A model generated the notes under the pieces. That model searched no databases and was not told the DNA's origin. It saw nothing but the letters and a program-made list of their open reading frames with translations. A stretch of DNA of 64,000 bases from Lama glama (taxonomy: Eukaryota). Numbering within the stretch: position 1 is the stretch's first letter; the number at the start of each line of letters is the position of its first letter. The stretch spans positions 32,984,001 to 33,048,000 of the forward strand of contig CM052818.1 in assembly GCA_028534125.1 (NCBI GenBank). The letters are read 5' to 3'. Positions 36,285 through 48,850 of this stretch are shown one piece after another. The position numbers and the translations under genes were made by a program.

Positions 36285-36375
36285 GCCTCCTTGTTCTCTA
36301 CTATGTCCCTAGCAGCTGGCATGTTGCCTGTGGTAACAGGCATTCATCAAACATGGGATGAATAAATAAATGAGT
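36285..36375 (+). mobile_element. L2 3' end fragment
   Basis: cttgttctctactatgtccctagc...ggcattcatcaaacat...gaataaataaatga. Confidence 0.55.
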
Positions 36376-36631
36376 GAAAGTCAGAATAAAAAGAAATAGA
36401 CCAAGACTACTATAAAAAGATCAGCTCAACAAGACAGAACAGAAAGATGAAAGGAAGACAAATCATGTTTTAGGACAGAACAAAGAGTCATCAGAATAAC
36501 GTAGATTGAGGAGAAAAAGTGAGGCACGATGCTCCAATACCACGAAACACGATGGGAAGAAATAATGGAGAAGCAACACTGAGGCTCACAGTTCGTGGTC
36601 TTCCCCAAGGTTGCACCATTATCTTCCCACC

Positions 36632-36755
36632 TAGTGGTTCTCAAGCCTGGCTGCAGATTGGAATCACCTGGGGAGCTTTTAAGACAAATACTTGTGCCTG
36701 CGCTTCACCCTCAGACCTTCTGAATTAACTGGTTTAGGCTGGGACTCGGTATCAA
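36632..36755. mobile_element. MER5-like hAT DNA transposon fragment
   Basis: tagtggttctcaagcctggctgcagattggaatcacctggggagctttt. Confidence 0.75.
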
Positions 36756-38239
36756 GATCAATGGTGGATTGATGGGGAGCCATCAATGGGGAGCCAGCCC
36801 TGGCCAGTGCCCAGCACTGAAGGATGAAGAGAGCTTCATCTCTGCTGCCCTGGATGAGCGAAAGGTCCACAGGACGTGGCCTGATGCCACAATAGTCTGT
36901 GGATGCTGACAAAGTCGGACTGACCTGGCAGCCTCCGCAGAGAGGAAACCCACGGGAACACACTGGGTAAAACACTGGGACTTTCCTCTGAGGTCAGGAG
37001 TAGATGGGGAAAGGGCCAGATTCTGGTGCCTGGAGAGGCCCAGCCATTGAGCACCAGGATGTGTGGGCAGCTCCAGGTCAACCATGATGACCGTTATTAC
37101 CTGCAGTCATTTCGTCTTCATTGTGTCTTGGTTTCCCAGCCTGTGAGACTAACGACATGAATTCCATTCTCTCATATGCAGCTTGAAGAATGGAACCATG
37201 GCAGCTGGGGAAGGGGAAGACGAGCCGCCTACTTCGAGCATACAGGGTGCTCCCCCTCCCACACAGCCCTTCATGCAGAGAAGGGCACTGTCACTGGCTG
37301 ACACTCATTTACAGAGGGGGAGCGTGGGGTCCCCACAGCATGAGCCCTGACATCCTCCAAGCCACACAGCTGCTCGCTTGCTGGTCCCTGTGTTTCTTCT
37401 ACCACCTCCAGACTCTGGGCTCCCCGGTGCTTCCCAGTCTTCATGCCTCCCAGCACATGGAAGATGGCGGTATTCGCACAACACAGAGTCCGCTGCTGGG
37501 GCAGTCTGCAGCCTGAGAGGATCAGCCGGAAGTCTTGAACAGACACCCCGGCCCCCGACCCTGGCTGAGCAGTCCTGAAGGGGTTGGGGGGGGAGGGGCA
37601 ATGCCTCTGCCCATAAATACGCCTTAGTGCACCTACACCCAGGTGAAGACACTAGCATTTGCTAAGCACCTACTAGTTGCTAGGCATCTTCTAATCAAGC
37701 TCGTTTAATGCCAGCTATGTTCAAGGGGTTAAAAGCCTCAACTAAGGTCACTCAACCAGTAAGTTGTACAAACGAGGTTCTGAGCCAAGTCTTCTACCTC
37801 CATATCTGTTAGTTCCTCCCTGGCACGACTGAGACAAGCCTGGTGAAATGACCTTAAACACCCCTCCGGAGGGAAGTCTGGGGAGGCTCTTAACTGAGTG
37901 CTGGTGGAGAGTACTGTCTGTCTCAAGCACCTGGCTTGGCAGGAGAGTCTGGCAATGTGACCATTCTGTCCTGGGTGCTGAGCCTGAGCAGACCACCCAG
38001 CCTGACCACCTCGCAGCCCAGGCCCAGGCTCAGGGCCCCCACTAACCTGTGGAGGAAACTTGGCTTCTCCTGGTGGAAGCACCAGAGGTGTTGTTCCCCT
38101 CCGTACCATCTCAGGAGAACCAGTGACCCAAACCGGGATGCTCTGCTCCACCCCAGCCGGTGGGCTCCCAATTGCGACCGCCTTCCCCTCCTGGGGAGGA
38201 TCCCAACCAGAAGCAAGAAAGCAGCAGGGACTAGGTCAG

Positions 38240-38560
38240 AACTGGTCAGAAGGCACCTGAACCGTAAGGGCCATCTGGTCAGTTCTGTCCACCTGCATTG
38301 TACGGAGGAGGAAACAGAGGCAAAGAAAGCAGCAGGGCCAGTCTGTGACTCGGGGCCTGAATTAGAGCTTGGATTCTCTGATTTCAGTCCAGCGCTCTTT
38401 CCTACCATCATGTAGGGCTGAATCATCTGGACCACCTGTAGTAACGGAATTTTTAGTCCAGTTTTACAGGTAAGAAGTGAAACCCCAGAGAGCGTTAGTA
38501 ACATGTCCAAGGCTGCTCAGCTGCCAAGGATAGTACACCAAGCCCTTGCCCTCTACACTG
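38240..38560 (-). mobile_element. two MIR/MIR3 fragments
   Basis: gaggaggaaacagaggc...ctctgatttcagtccagcgctctttc; ttttacaggtaagaagtgaaaccccagagagcgttagtaacatgtccaagg. Confidence 0.6.
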
Positions 38561-40284
38561 CAGCCCAGGAGTGGCTAACTTCAAGCCAGAGAGACTCCGC
38601 ACAGACCCTGCCCTGGCACGATACCAACATGCAGCCCAGGGCCCACATGTCCAATCTTGGAAGGGGAGTCCCATGGAGACAGGCCAGCTGGCATAGCCAG
38701 TAGGCACTGGAACACAGGAGACACTCTTCCCTGGACCGTCTAGAGCTGAGTTCCCACGGGGCAGGGCCGGGGGATTGCCCTGGTTGAGAATTCTCTGCCG
38801 ACCCAGGGGCAACCCGAGGGGTCCTCTGCTACATGGCTAAGCTTTCCCTGATTTGATTCCTTTTGCATCCTGTGAGAGCTATGATCTGTTCTTCAAATTC
38901 AGCAGGAATACCCAAAGTCTCCTGGTCTTTCCCGGGAATCTCACATGCTTCAGACCATGCTGGGAGGCTCCCGGCTCCCGCAGCCCCAGCCATAGTGCCC
39001 TGACCCCACATGCCTCCCTGGTCTGTGTTCAGACCAGACCACCTACCCGGGAAGGTTTCTCCCAGGTCAGGGGTCCAGAGAAGGAAGAGTGCCTCCCTCC
39101 CACCAGACAGAGCAGCTCACCAGTTGGCGACGTCCGTCGTCCACACGGCTGATCCAGAATGGAGCCTCTGGGCCTTTGGCTGTAGGGCAGGGGTTGGCTG
39201 TGGCCTGGCGTCACCAGCTCGCTGTGGGGCTGGGCTGTCAGCCACCCCCACACACTGCACATGGGCTAATCGCTTCAGTAATGAGGATGATGCACAAGAG
39301 TGTCTGCTTGGCTGGCTCCCTGTTTACCTTTGATGGGCACCACCTAGGGAGAGGGCCAGGCGAGGGCGTGGGCAGTGAATGGGGGCTGACCTTCCACCCC
39401 AGGGCCCGGATGCTGGGTCAGGCTGGGCCAGGCGGGCAGCCCTGTGCCGAGGTCCAGCCATCAGGACAGCGAGGCCTGGGTCGGGCCCAGCCCAGAGGAA
39501 GTTTGTCACCTCAGGTCCTGTTTCCGGGGAGTGCCTGTGCGCCTCTCTTCGGGGCACTGCCGGCTGAGGCGAGCCAGCCTGTGGTTCCTTCTTTCCCTGA
39601 TTCTGGAAGGACCTTATTTATAGCTGGATGGTTATGACCCAGAAGAGAAAAACCTGAGGAAAAGGCATTTCAAATTCCTAATTTTCTCCATTCTAACCCC
39701 TGCACATTTTCATACTGTCACATTTCTGAAAACAGCCTCCAACAAACCACAGAAATGTTTAGAAACTTGCCCCAGATCACACAGAGAGCAGGGGGTGAGG
39801 CCAGATTTTAAATACTGGTTTTTCTGCTCCAAAGGCCAGTCCTCCTAATTCAAGACACAACACTTCTTTACTTTAGTTCATTTCTATTGGTTCCTCGATT
39901 GACCCCTGGAGTCTTCTTAGGTGCAAACGTGTGTGCCCAGGAACACCCAGGGCCATGGGCCTTCATTGCAGGTGCTCCAGAGAGTGGCTGGAATCTCAGC
40001 GTGGTCTCCGTGGGAATCCCAGGTGCTTCCCCCTACTCCCCACTCCCTTTCTGTGCTCCTGGGAGCCACCTGGAGCCAAGTTTCCAATTGCTCCTCTCAG
40101 TTGACATTGAGATGGTGTTTTCTGAATCAGAGTGAGGCTCCAAGCCTCACTCTTGATCTTTAACCTCTCTTCCTTGGGTTCCTGTACCAGTCCCCTGCAG
40201 GCTGGCCACCCCAGTGCCCTCGCCCATCCCCAGGGTGGAGTGACCTCCTAAAACACCTTCCACTCCCTCGTTTCCTCTGCCCTC

Positions 40285-41575
40285 CAACATGGCCTCTGCT
40301 CCCATCATTCTACCAGAAATACTCTAAGGTCAACAACTTGTTCAATCCTGTGGTCAGTGAGGTGCTCAGACCTCGTCATGCTTGACATCTCAGCAGCATT
40401 TGACAGCTGACTGCCACCTCTAGTCTCAGAAAATGCTGCCCTTGGCTCCTGTGCTTCTGGCTTCCTGGTTTCTTCTCTCCAGCTCTTCCTTTGCAGCCTC
40501 CTTTGCCGGCTCCTCCTCTGCTGCTGGAGCTCCTCAGGACTCTGGCCTGAACCCTCCTCTCTGTCTCCCAAGGCGATCTCACCCCCACCCCCTACCCCAA
40601 GGCTTCATTTAAAATCTTTGTGTCAATGATTCCTACATTTCAATATCCAGCCAGCCTTCTCTTCTAACCTTCAAAGCCCAACAACTCATTCATGGACTCA
40701 GCATTTTCACTTTGATGTTTCATAGGCACCTCAAACTCAAGGTGTTAAGAACTGAACATCTAATCATTGCCCACTCACTTGCAGTCCTACCAGAAAGGGC
40801 AATAGTGATTGTCCACAGGCCCAAGGAGGAGCCTTGAAAAGTTGGCCTCCTCAGCCCCAAAAGATCCTTCTTTGCTGAGTCCCTTCAGTTCTATGTCCTG
40901 ATCACCTCATGTGCCACTCACCATTTTCCATCTTCACTGCCCAACCTGGGCCCATGTCACCATCTCTGCTCCCCTGAATGGCTGGAATAGCTGCTCCCAT
41001 GTCTCCTCATGCTTGTTCCAGTCTTTTTTTTTTTCCCACACAGCAGCCTGAAGGATCTTTCCAAAGTGCAAACCTGATGTTGCACCCTCGTGTAAAACCC
41101 TTTGACTGTCCTTTGGATGAAGCCCAATCATCTTGGCATGGTTTTCAAGGCCCTGCATGTTCCCCACTCTTCTTGTCCAGCCTCAAGCTCCTCTCTCCCC
41201 TGTTTTTGGAACCTAGGCTCGCTGGGCTCCTTTCTCTTCCTTGAACTTGCCATCCTTTTTGCCACCTCGGAGCCTCTACCTGGAACTCTCAGGCCACATC
41301 AATACCCTTCCCACCTCTTGGCCTCACCAACTCTCCTTCCAGGCTCAGTGTAAATATTTCTTTCTAAAATGCTTTCCTTAGCCATGTCATTGTCAGGCCT
41401 GGTCTCTGGGTTCCCTGGCCTGGCTTCTCATCCAATATGCAACGCCCTTGGAATTGTTTGTTCAAAGTCTAGCCTGTCTTTCTGACCATGAACTCCAGGA
41501 GGGCGAGGACCGAATGATTTGCTGCTGTGTCCTCAGCACTTAGCACAGGGCCTGATGTCAGCAGATGCTGGGGAA
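40285..41575 (+). mobile_element. L2 LINE (ORF2 remnant and 3' end)
   Basis: cttgacatctcagcagcatttgaca, ggcacctcaaactcaa, ccacacagcagcc, tttcaaggccctgcat, catgaactccaggagggc...cagcacttagcacaggg. Confidence 0.8.
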
Positions 41576-41736
41576 TTGCTACATCAGTGAAGACACTGAG
41601 CTTCATTCCAGTCATTCTCCGGAGCCCCTGGTGAACAGAATCCAGTCCTGCCCTCTCTGTAGCTGCATTACATCACTAAATTTTGTCAGCTATCCAAACA
41701 CTGGCCAGTTGGAGTTGTCCCTTTTGCTGGAAGGGG

Positions 41737-42239
41737 TGTGACCCATACTCCATTTATCTTTGTAAACCCCCTGCACAGGCCATAACATAGTGGCTTTGCA
41801 CACAGGAGGAAACTGTATGCCAAGAATTGCACTCTTGGGACCAAGAACAACACATTACCAAACAAAGGAAGGGAGCCCGGCTTGGCTTCTGCCTGGCCCA
41901 GGTACCCTCCTTTGCTTGAGAAATCTCTCAACATAGTCCTCCTAAAAAAAACCCAGAAAAACCTGAAAATTTCCCAACCTTGTAATTATGGCTTATGAAC
42001 CAATAAGGACTGCCAAGTGGACATGAAGGTCAGAGTCTCCTCTGTTTCCAAAATCCCCCCTAATAGAATGCTTGCCAGTCAGAGACTGGGCATTTCTTCT
42101 TTCTTTCTCCATAAAACTTACTGTCCTTTCAGACACCTCTGAAACTGACTGCACATGGTTCCCTTGTGGCTGCACATTTACAAATAAATAGCCTTGACTA
42201 ATTTCGTCCTGGGTTTTCTTTGATTTCTGACTGTAATCT
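41737..42239 (+). mobile_element. 5' LTR of an ERV1-class provirus
   Basis: CCAAT (42000), TATA-like cataaaa (~42110) and AATAAA (42183-42188), followed directly by a PBS. 5' boundary approximate. Confidence 0.65.
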
Positions 42240-43722
42240 CGGTGCTGTGACCCAGATCCAGCCTCTCCTGCTTGTCCCTGTGGACTACGGCTCTTGTCCG
42301 TATGTGGTGCCCACCAAGGCCCCTTCAGCCTCATTGCCTGTGGACCATCCTCCACGTCGACAAGTCAGTCTGCCCTGGACCTCAACTCTGTTCTTTTTGT
42401 GTTGAGTTCTTTGGCTGTTTTATTCACTTGTCGAGTCCTGTGTGTTTATATTTGGTTCGTGCTCCCCTTTTGAGCTGCGTCCTTGGTGATTTGCTTTTGC
42501 CTGTCCCTTTTTCGCCCTGGGTCTTTGAGTGTTATTATGTCATGAGGAGGAGGACCACACAGCAGGACGCAGCCATCATTGCTTTAAGCTGGCTGTTTGA
42601 GCCGGCCTCATAGACCGGAGAGTTAGCCCGATCAGCACCCTCTGAGGGCAAACTCTGCTGTAAGTCACCAAGAAAACCAGATGAGAACGTCCTCCCATCC
42701 TGGCTGTTTCTCCTGAGAGCTTGGTTCTGATTTGGAGACAGCACCCTCTCTCTCTGATGTATTCCACCTGCCAGGGACTCAGACAGTTGGGTCTGTGTCC
42801 AGATGCGGCCGATCGTTAGGTCAGGGGCCTGAGACCTAACAAGTTGAAGCTGCTCGTAAGTTGTATAATTAACTTCAACTGACGGGAACAAGGAGTCTCC
42901 TCCATGTAATCTGTGTCCCCCTCCAGCAGAACTTCACCAAGAATGATTTGACTGGGCCTTCAGTGGACACTTTGGGGGAACACTTAAGTTAACTAGAGCT
43001 GCTTATTTGAGAGGTACCTTAGAGCAAAACCCAAACAAAATTCCCTAGGCCCAATGAGTAGTGTGTTTTGGTTGGTACCCTGATGCTTCTAAGCAAAATT
43101 CCAATTCTAAAACTCCAATTCTTTGAATAATTTTTTTTGGTCAAGGCTAAACAAGGAACTTGATGACTTAAAACATAAACTATCTGGGATAAAAGTGTCT
43201 CCTTTATTAACCCCCGCCTCCAATACCCCACCTCTCCAACATACACTCTCTTCCACTCACGCGGATCTGAACCCCAGCCCTCTAACCTTTTCCCTCCCCT
43301 TGCCTGGATTTCTTGCCTTTTCTTAATAAGCCCCTTGACACTCCAAAACATCAGTTTCCTTTAAAAATGCATCCTGTTTGAGAATCACACACACCACCTG
43401 CTGTAGAGTTTGAACTCTGGTCTCAGCGCGACTAAGAACTGTTGTCCCAGATTTCTCCAAACCCTGACAAGACAGACGCCTCCTTTGGAGAATTCTGACT
43501 CTCCCAGGAGCCTATGATCCAGGCTTGCCAGATCTCTGCCAACTAATTCACACATTGGAAGGAAGATTAAATGCTAAATTAGCAAAAGAGACCAATCTAG
43601 GGTCAGACTTAAGGGATCCCCGCACGAGTGCTAAACCAACAGGCATCAAGAGAGTCCAGAAAAGAGGTTGGAATTTACTAAAAGTGATTTCTGGGACCTT
43701 CCCTGTAAAAATTAATTGGAAT
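42240..43722 (+). mobile_element. ERV1 (MER4-group-like) internal region: tRNA-His-type PBS, leader, degenerate gag
   Basis: cggtgctgtgacccagat matches the His PBS TGGTGCCGTGACTCGGAT at 14/18. Gag-like peptides QWTLWG (42961) and PDLCQLIH...NLLKVISGTFPVKINW (43525-43720). Confidence 0.7.
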
Positions 43723-44855
43723 CAAGAGAATGAGAAGACAAGACACAAACAGAGTGAAAAATTTTGCAAATGACTTATCTGATATAAGACTGTCATCCAA
43801 AATATATAAAGAATCCATAAAACTCAACAATAAGAATATGAACAACCTAATTTAAAAACTGGGCGAAAGACTTGAATGGATACCTCACCACGGAAGAGAT
43901 ACAAATGGAAAATGAGCACATGCAAACGTGCTTAACATCATACGTTATTAGGGAAATGCAGACTAAAATCCACCACACACCTATTCTAGCCAAAATATAA
44001 AACACTGATGGCACCAAAAGCTGGTGAGGAGGTGGAGCAANNNNNNNNNNNNNNNNNNNNNNNNNNNNNNNNNNNNNNNNNNNNNNNNNNNNNNNNNNNN
44101 NNNNNNNNNNNNNNNNNNNNNNNNNNNNNNNNNNNNNNNNNNNNNNNNNNNNNNNNNNNNNNNNNNNNNNNNNNNNNNNNNNNNNNNNNNNNNNNNNNNN
44201 NNNNNNNNNNNNNNNNNNNNNNNNNNNNNNNNNNNNNNNNNNNNNNNNNNNNNNNNNNNNNNNNNNNNNNNNNNNNNNNNNNNNNNNNNNAAATAAACTG
44301 TGGTACATCTAGATAATGGAATATTATCCAGCACTAAAAAGAAATGAGTGGTGAAGTCATGAAAAGAGGTAGAGAAACCTTAGACACATTTTACTAAGTG
44401 AAAGAAGCCAGTCTGAGAAGGCTACATACTGTATGATTCTAACTATGTGATATCCTGGAAAAGACAAAATTGTGGAGACAGTAAAAAGATCAGTGGTAGC
44501 CAAGGGTTCTGGGGGTGGGAGGAAGGAATAGGCAGAGGCCAGGGGATTTCTAGGGCAGTGAAACTATTCGGTATGGTATTATACTAATGGATACATGTTA
44601 TTACACGTTTGTCTAAACCCCAGATTGTACAACACCAGGAGTGAGTCCTAATGTAAACTGTGGACTCTGGATAATCATGACACGGCAGCATGGGTTCATG
44701 GACTGTAACAGATGCAGCAGTCCGGTGAGGGATGTTGATGCCAGGAGAGGCTGTGCACATCAGGGGCCACGGGGTACATGGGAGCTCTCTGTACTTTCTT
44801 CTCACTTTTGCTGTGAACTTAAAACTGCCCTAAAAAATAAAGTCTATTTGAAAAA
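43723..44855 (+). mobile_element. L1MC-like ORF2 end and 3'UTR (contains N run 44041-44290)
   Basis: aaaactcaacaataag, gggcgaaagacttgaat, aaataaactgtggtacat, aagccagtctgagaaggctacatactgtatg, ctctgtactttc...gctgtgaacttaaaactg...aataaag. Confidence 0.88.
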
Positions 44856-45664
44856 TTAAATGACACAAAATCGATTAAATCTTGACTCAGTGTGGTAAGC
44901 AGAGAAAAGATGAATCAAAAGGAGATTTTTAGGGACAGACTAGAAATTACTTTCCAGCAAGATTCAGGAGTCAGTCTCAAAGCTGATGTAACAGTTCAAA
45001 CCCGAAATCAGAGACCTGGTTTGCAAGTAAAAAGTCAAATGGGAGGTAGGCCCACTGTCTAAACTATAACACCTAGTGGAATACTTTGAAAGGACTTGGA
45101 AATAGAAACAATATAAAACTCAAAATAAATGCGTGACTTTGTAGGTAAAGATCCTGTAAACAGAAGGGACATTGGGGAAAAAAAAAAATAGATGGCGCTT
45201 CTGCACCCTGTCTTGTTAGGAACCGCCTTCCTGGTGTCCAGTGCAGTTGCCTGGAGGCAGGCCTCTTCCTAGGCGACTCTCCCAGACCTGAATTCCTTGC
45301 AGCTTGACTCAGAAGGCCTGGCTGGAAACTGCTGCCTCCTCTTAGAGGCCTGGGTTGACTGCTGCCTAAATTATGGCTGAGACAGAAGCACTGGACCTGG
45401 AGCTGGACCTCAAAAGCCCTGCCAACCCTCTGCCCACTGTCTTCTGGGCTCAACCCACCCACGGCTGGAGCCAAGCCCCTGGGCCTCCCCAGTTGCCCTG
45501 TGCGGTCCTGGGGAACCATTCTGTTCTGGTCTGAGTTCTCAGCTCCACTCTACATACCAATCTCAGCCCGGCAATGGTCGGCTGAAAGTGTGTAGATAGG
45601 ATGGTCAGAAAGGGCATTAGAATTGAAAGAGAGCTTAGAGGATCTAGTTTTCCACTCGAAATAC

Positions 45665-46018
45665 AATCTAGGACCAGCAACGCTGGCATCATCTGGGAGC
45701 TTGTTAGAAAGCTGGATTTGGAGGCTCACCCAGGACCTTCTGAGTCAGGAAGTGGATTTTAAGGAGGTCCCTGGATGTTTTGTGTGCACTTTAGAGCTAG
45801 GAGCCCTGGTCTAGAACAGTGGCTCTCAAACTTTGCTGCATATTAGAATTGGGGTGCTTTAGAAACGGACTGAGCAAGCGCCCTGTCCCAGACCAACAGA
45901 ATCAGACTCTTGGGGGTGGGGCCCAGGCGCCGTTCTGGTTGGCGCTGCTTAGTTGTGGTGGTGGTGGTGGTTGTATTTAGAGTTTCCCAGGCGATTCAGA
46001 TGAGAAGCCCCCGGGTTT
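45665..46018. mobile_element. two adjacent MER5-like hAT elements
   Basis: ggcatcatctgggagcttgttagaaa...; gtctagaa|cagtggctctcaaactttgctgcatattagaat...gaatcagactcttgggggtggggcccagg. Confidence 0.7.
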
Positions 46019-48049
46019 ATGACCCTGTGGCATCCCAGCCCTTTTGTTTCAGAGGAGGGAAAAGAGGCCTAGAGAAGGGAAGTGGACTCAGACCCAGGGC
46101 TTCTGACTGCTGGTGCAGGGCTTCCCCACCACCCCAACTTGTGTGCCTTCTCATCACCACGTGAGTCCTGTCGGAGCCCCTCCTGACCACTGAGACTTGC
46201 CAACATCGACTCCTGTAGCATTCCAGCTCTTTTGAACAAAGCATCTGTTGTTTGAAATTTTGGAAAGTCTTTGTCTGTCACAAGGGAAGTGGTTGAATAG
46301 CTGTGGTATAGCCACACGATGGAATACTACACTGCAACGAAAAAGAGTTTGGTTGGCCCACCCCTACCAACCAAGCTTTTCAGGGTAAGACGTTTTGAGT
46401 GAAGAAACTAAGAAGCAAAATGTATATATGGTGAGAGATCTTTTTTTGGTAAAAACAAATAAAACAAACCAAAAACCAACCAATAAAATACTACATTTGT
46501 CCTGTGAGAACTGGTGGAGCCAGAGAGATTCTGTGCGGCCAGGCCAAGGTGCAGAAAACCATGGATAAAAGAACCTCAGTGATTAGAGGCTCCACAGTGG
46601 CCAGAGCCTCTCCCTCCAGACCAGCCAGCTCTGCAGGCTGCGGGACCTGAGGGCAGGGTGCCAGGCAGGTCCTTCCCTGCCCGCCCGCCCCTTCTCTCCT
46701 GCCCCCTCCCTGCAGGAGCAGCGGAGCTCCCCCAGAGGGGGCAAAGGAGGTGGAGAGAGCGTAGACCATTGATTTCCTTCTGCCTCCTCAACTTCCCCAG
46801 CACGACTGGATCGGGGGAGACGCTTTCAATGCAACAGAGCTGGGAGTTTTGATATCTCTCCCACTGCACTGGATATTTTGTTATCAGAGAGCAACCAGAA
46901 AATCATGGGAGCAGCCTGGGTTTCCCTGCAGGGAAGAATGGATCCAAAGAAACATTTGCAGGAGCTGATGAAAGAGAACAGAGGTGCTTTGTGCATGTGC
47001 CATATGTCCAGCCCGGTCAGCGCTGCAGTCACCTGGGTTTCTACCTGCCTACGGAGTCAGTAGCCCATGCTTCCACAGGCAAGCACAGCCTCCTCCTGGT
47101 GTCCAGCCTGGGGCTTCTCTTTATCTCGTTTGGTTGCACTCTGTGGTCCAGCTTGTCCAACCTGAAAATGTTCCCCTGCTTCCTCTGAAGATTTCAAAAC
47201 TCAGATGTCACACAAGTGCCTCATCTACACCCCAGATCTTCCAGGAACCAGACCTCGCCTGTGTGCAGTGTGGCCCCTGCCTAGGAGCCCAGCCAGCCCC
47301 AGGGCCTCTGGAAGAGCAGCACCTGGTAACAGTCCCCTCCCCCGGGGCTCTCAGAGCCCCCAGGCCTGGGCACGCTGAGCACAGCCCGGGGGAGGGGCCT
47401 TCTCTCTCTGAGCTCATCTCAGCTGCTTCTGCCAATAAGACCCCACCTGCCCAGAGGCTCCGAGGCTCCCTGTAATTGTCCTGGTCAGCAGGTATCTTGA
47501 AAGAAGATGTGTCTGTATCTGCAGTGTGTGGTAGTGATTTAAAGAAAACATAAGAACTGCCCACCTTGTGATAAAGGCTCAAAGTGCACTCTCCTTCCTC
47601 TTGTCTCATATTGCCAGGAAACAAAGCAATTCTTCCCCCAATTTCAAGGCCAGGTCCCTTGGTCAGCATCTTTTCTTCTCCTGTGACCATCACTTCCCTG
47701 GAGCTTTGTGCTCCAGGCCCTCTTACCCTCCCCCGGCCCCCACTCCACTGCCTTCAACGCTGGGCCCAGGTGCTCGCACTTTGCCCAGATGTGTGCCCTG
47801 GGACAGCACACGTCTGCCCCGTAGCTTGGTGTCTGGAACCCAGGAGCAAGGCCTCACGTGCTTCCTGAACTACTTCTAGGTGCCCCTTGAGACCCCTGAC
47901 CTCCTGGTGCTTATATTCCTAGGCACGTAGAGAGAAACATGAATTCATTTTACAAATGCACATAAAATGACAACGGGGAAACTTGTGGCCAAGGGACCTC
48001 TCCCGGGCTCACTTCCAGGCTCTGTGATTAGCGGGACCTTGGGAAAGGC

Positions 48050-48850
48050 CAGGTGGCTGCAGTGCAGAGTGAAGGGAAGTTGAGGCAGGAGAGGTTGGAG
48101 GGGCTGTTTGGGCCTCATAGGCCTTGGGAACATTGGAGCCTTTATCCCAAGAGAAACGAGGAGCTAATAAAGGGTTGTAAATGGGAGACACAGGCTCTGC
48201 CTAATGTTTTAAAAAGGGGGCTGATGGAGTATGGACCATAGGGAGACAAGGAGGGAAGCTGGGAGCCCAGTCAGGAGGCTGTTACTCCCTGAGCAGGAGA
48301 TGGAGAGGCTGATGGTGGCGCAGATGGACAGAAGTATGCAGGGAGATGTGCAGGAAGTAAAACTGATGGACTATGTCTAAGAGGGGAGCAAAACTGATGC
48401 CTCGATTTTCTAACCTGCCTGCTGGCGCAGACGGCGGTTTGTGCCCTGAGTAGGGATCGGTGGGCAGGGATGAGGTTTTTGGCAGAAAACTGAGGGAAGC
48501 CATACATTCAGGTCTGGACACGCAAAAGATGCCAAAGAGGTAGTGGGTAGAGTGATCGAAAACTCGGAAGAAAGTTCTGGGGGTCAGATGGCCACTCCAG
48601 ATGCGGTGAAATGGGTCTGCCCAGGGAGAGAGGCTAGAGGGGGAAAGAGAGAAAAATCCCATGGCTGCATCCTAAGGAACTCTGATATGTAACGGCCTCC
48701 CAGAGATGAAAAAACCTACAAAAGAGACAAAGAAAAACTGGCCAGAGAAGTAGAAGTTTTGTGTCATGGAGAGGAGAGTGTTTCCAACATGAAGATGTGC
48801 TGAGAAGCCAAGGATGTGAGGGCTGGGACACTGGCTTTGAACAAAGGGGG
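48050..48850 (-). mobile_element. L2 LINE fragment
   Basis: gggcctcataggccttggg...ggagcctttatcc...cagtcaggaggctgtt...gtgtcatggag...ctggctttg is reverse-strand L2. Confidence 0.6.

Noticed and set aside
37738-39637. Long GC-rich ORFs (up to 195 aa) upstream of PLB1 as a separate gene
   Set aside because: They overlap MIR fragments and have no recognisable domains or exon chain.
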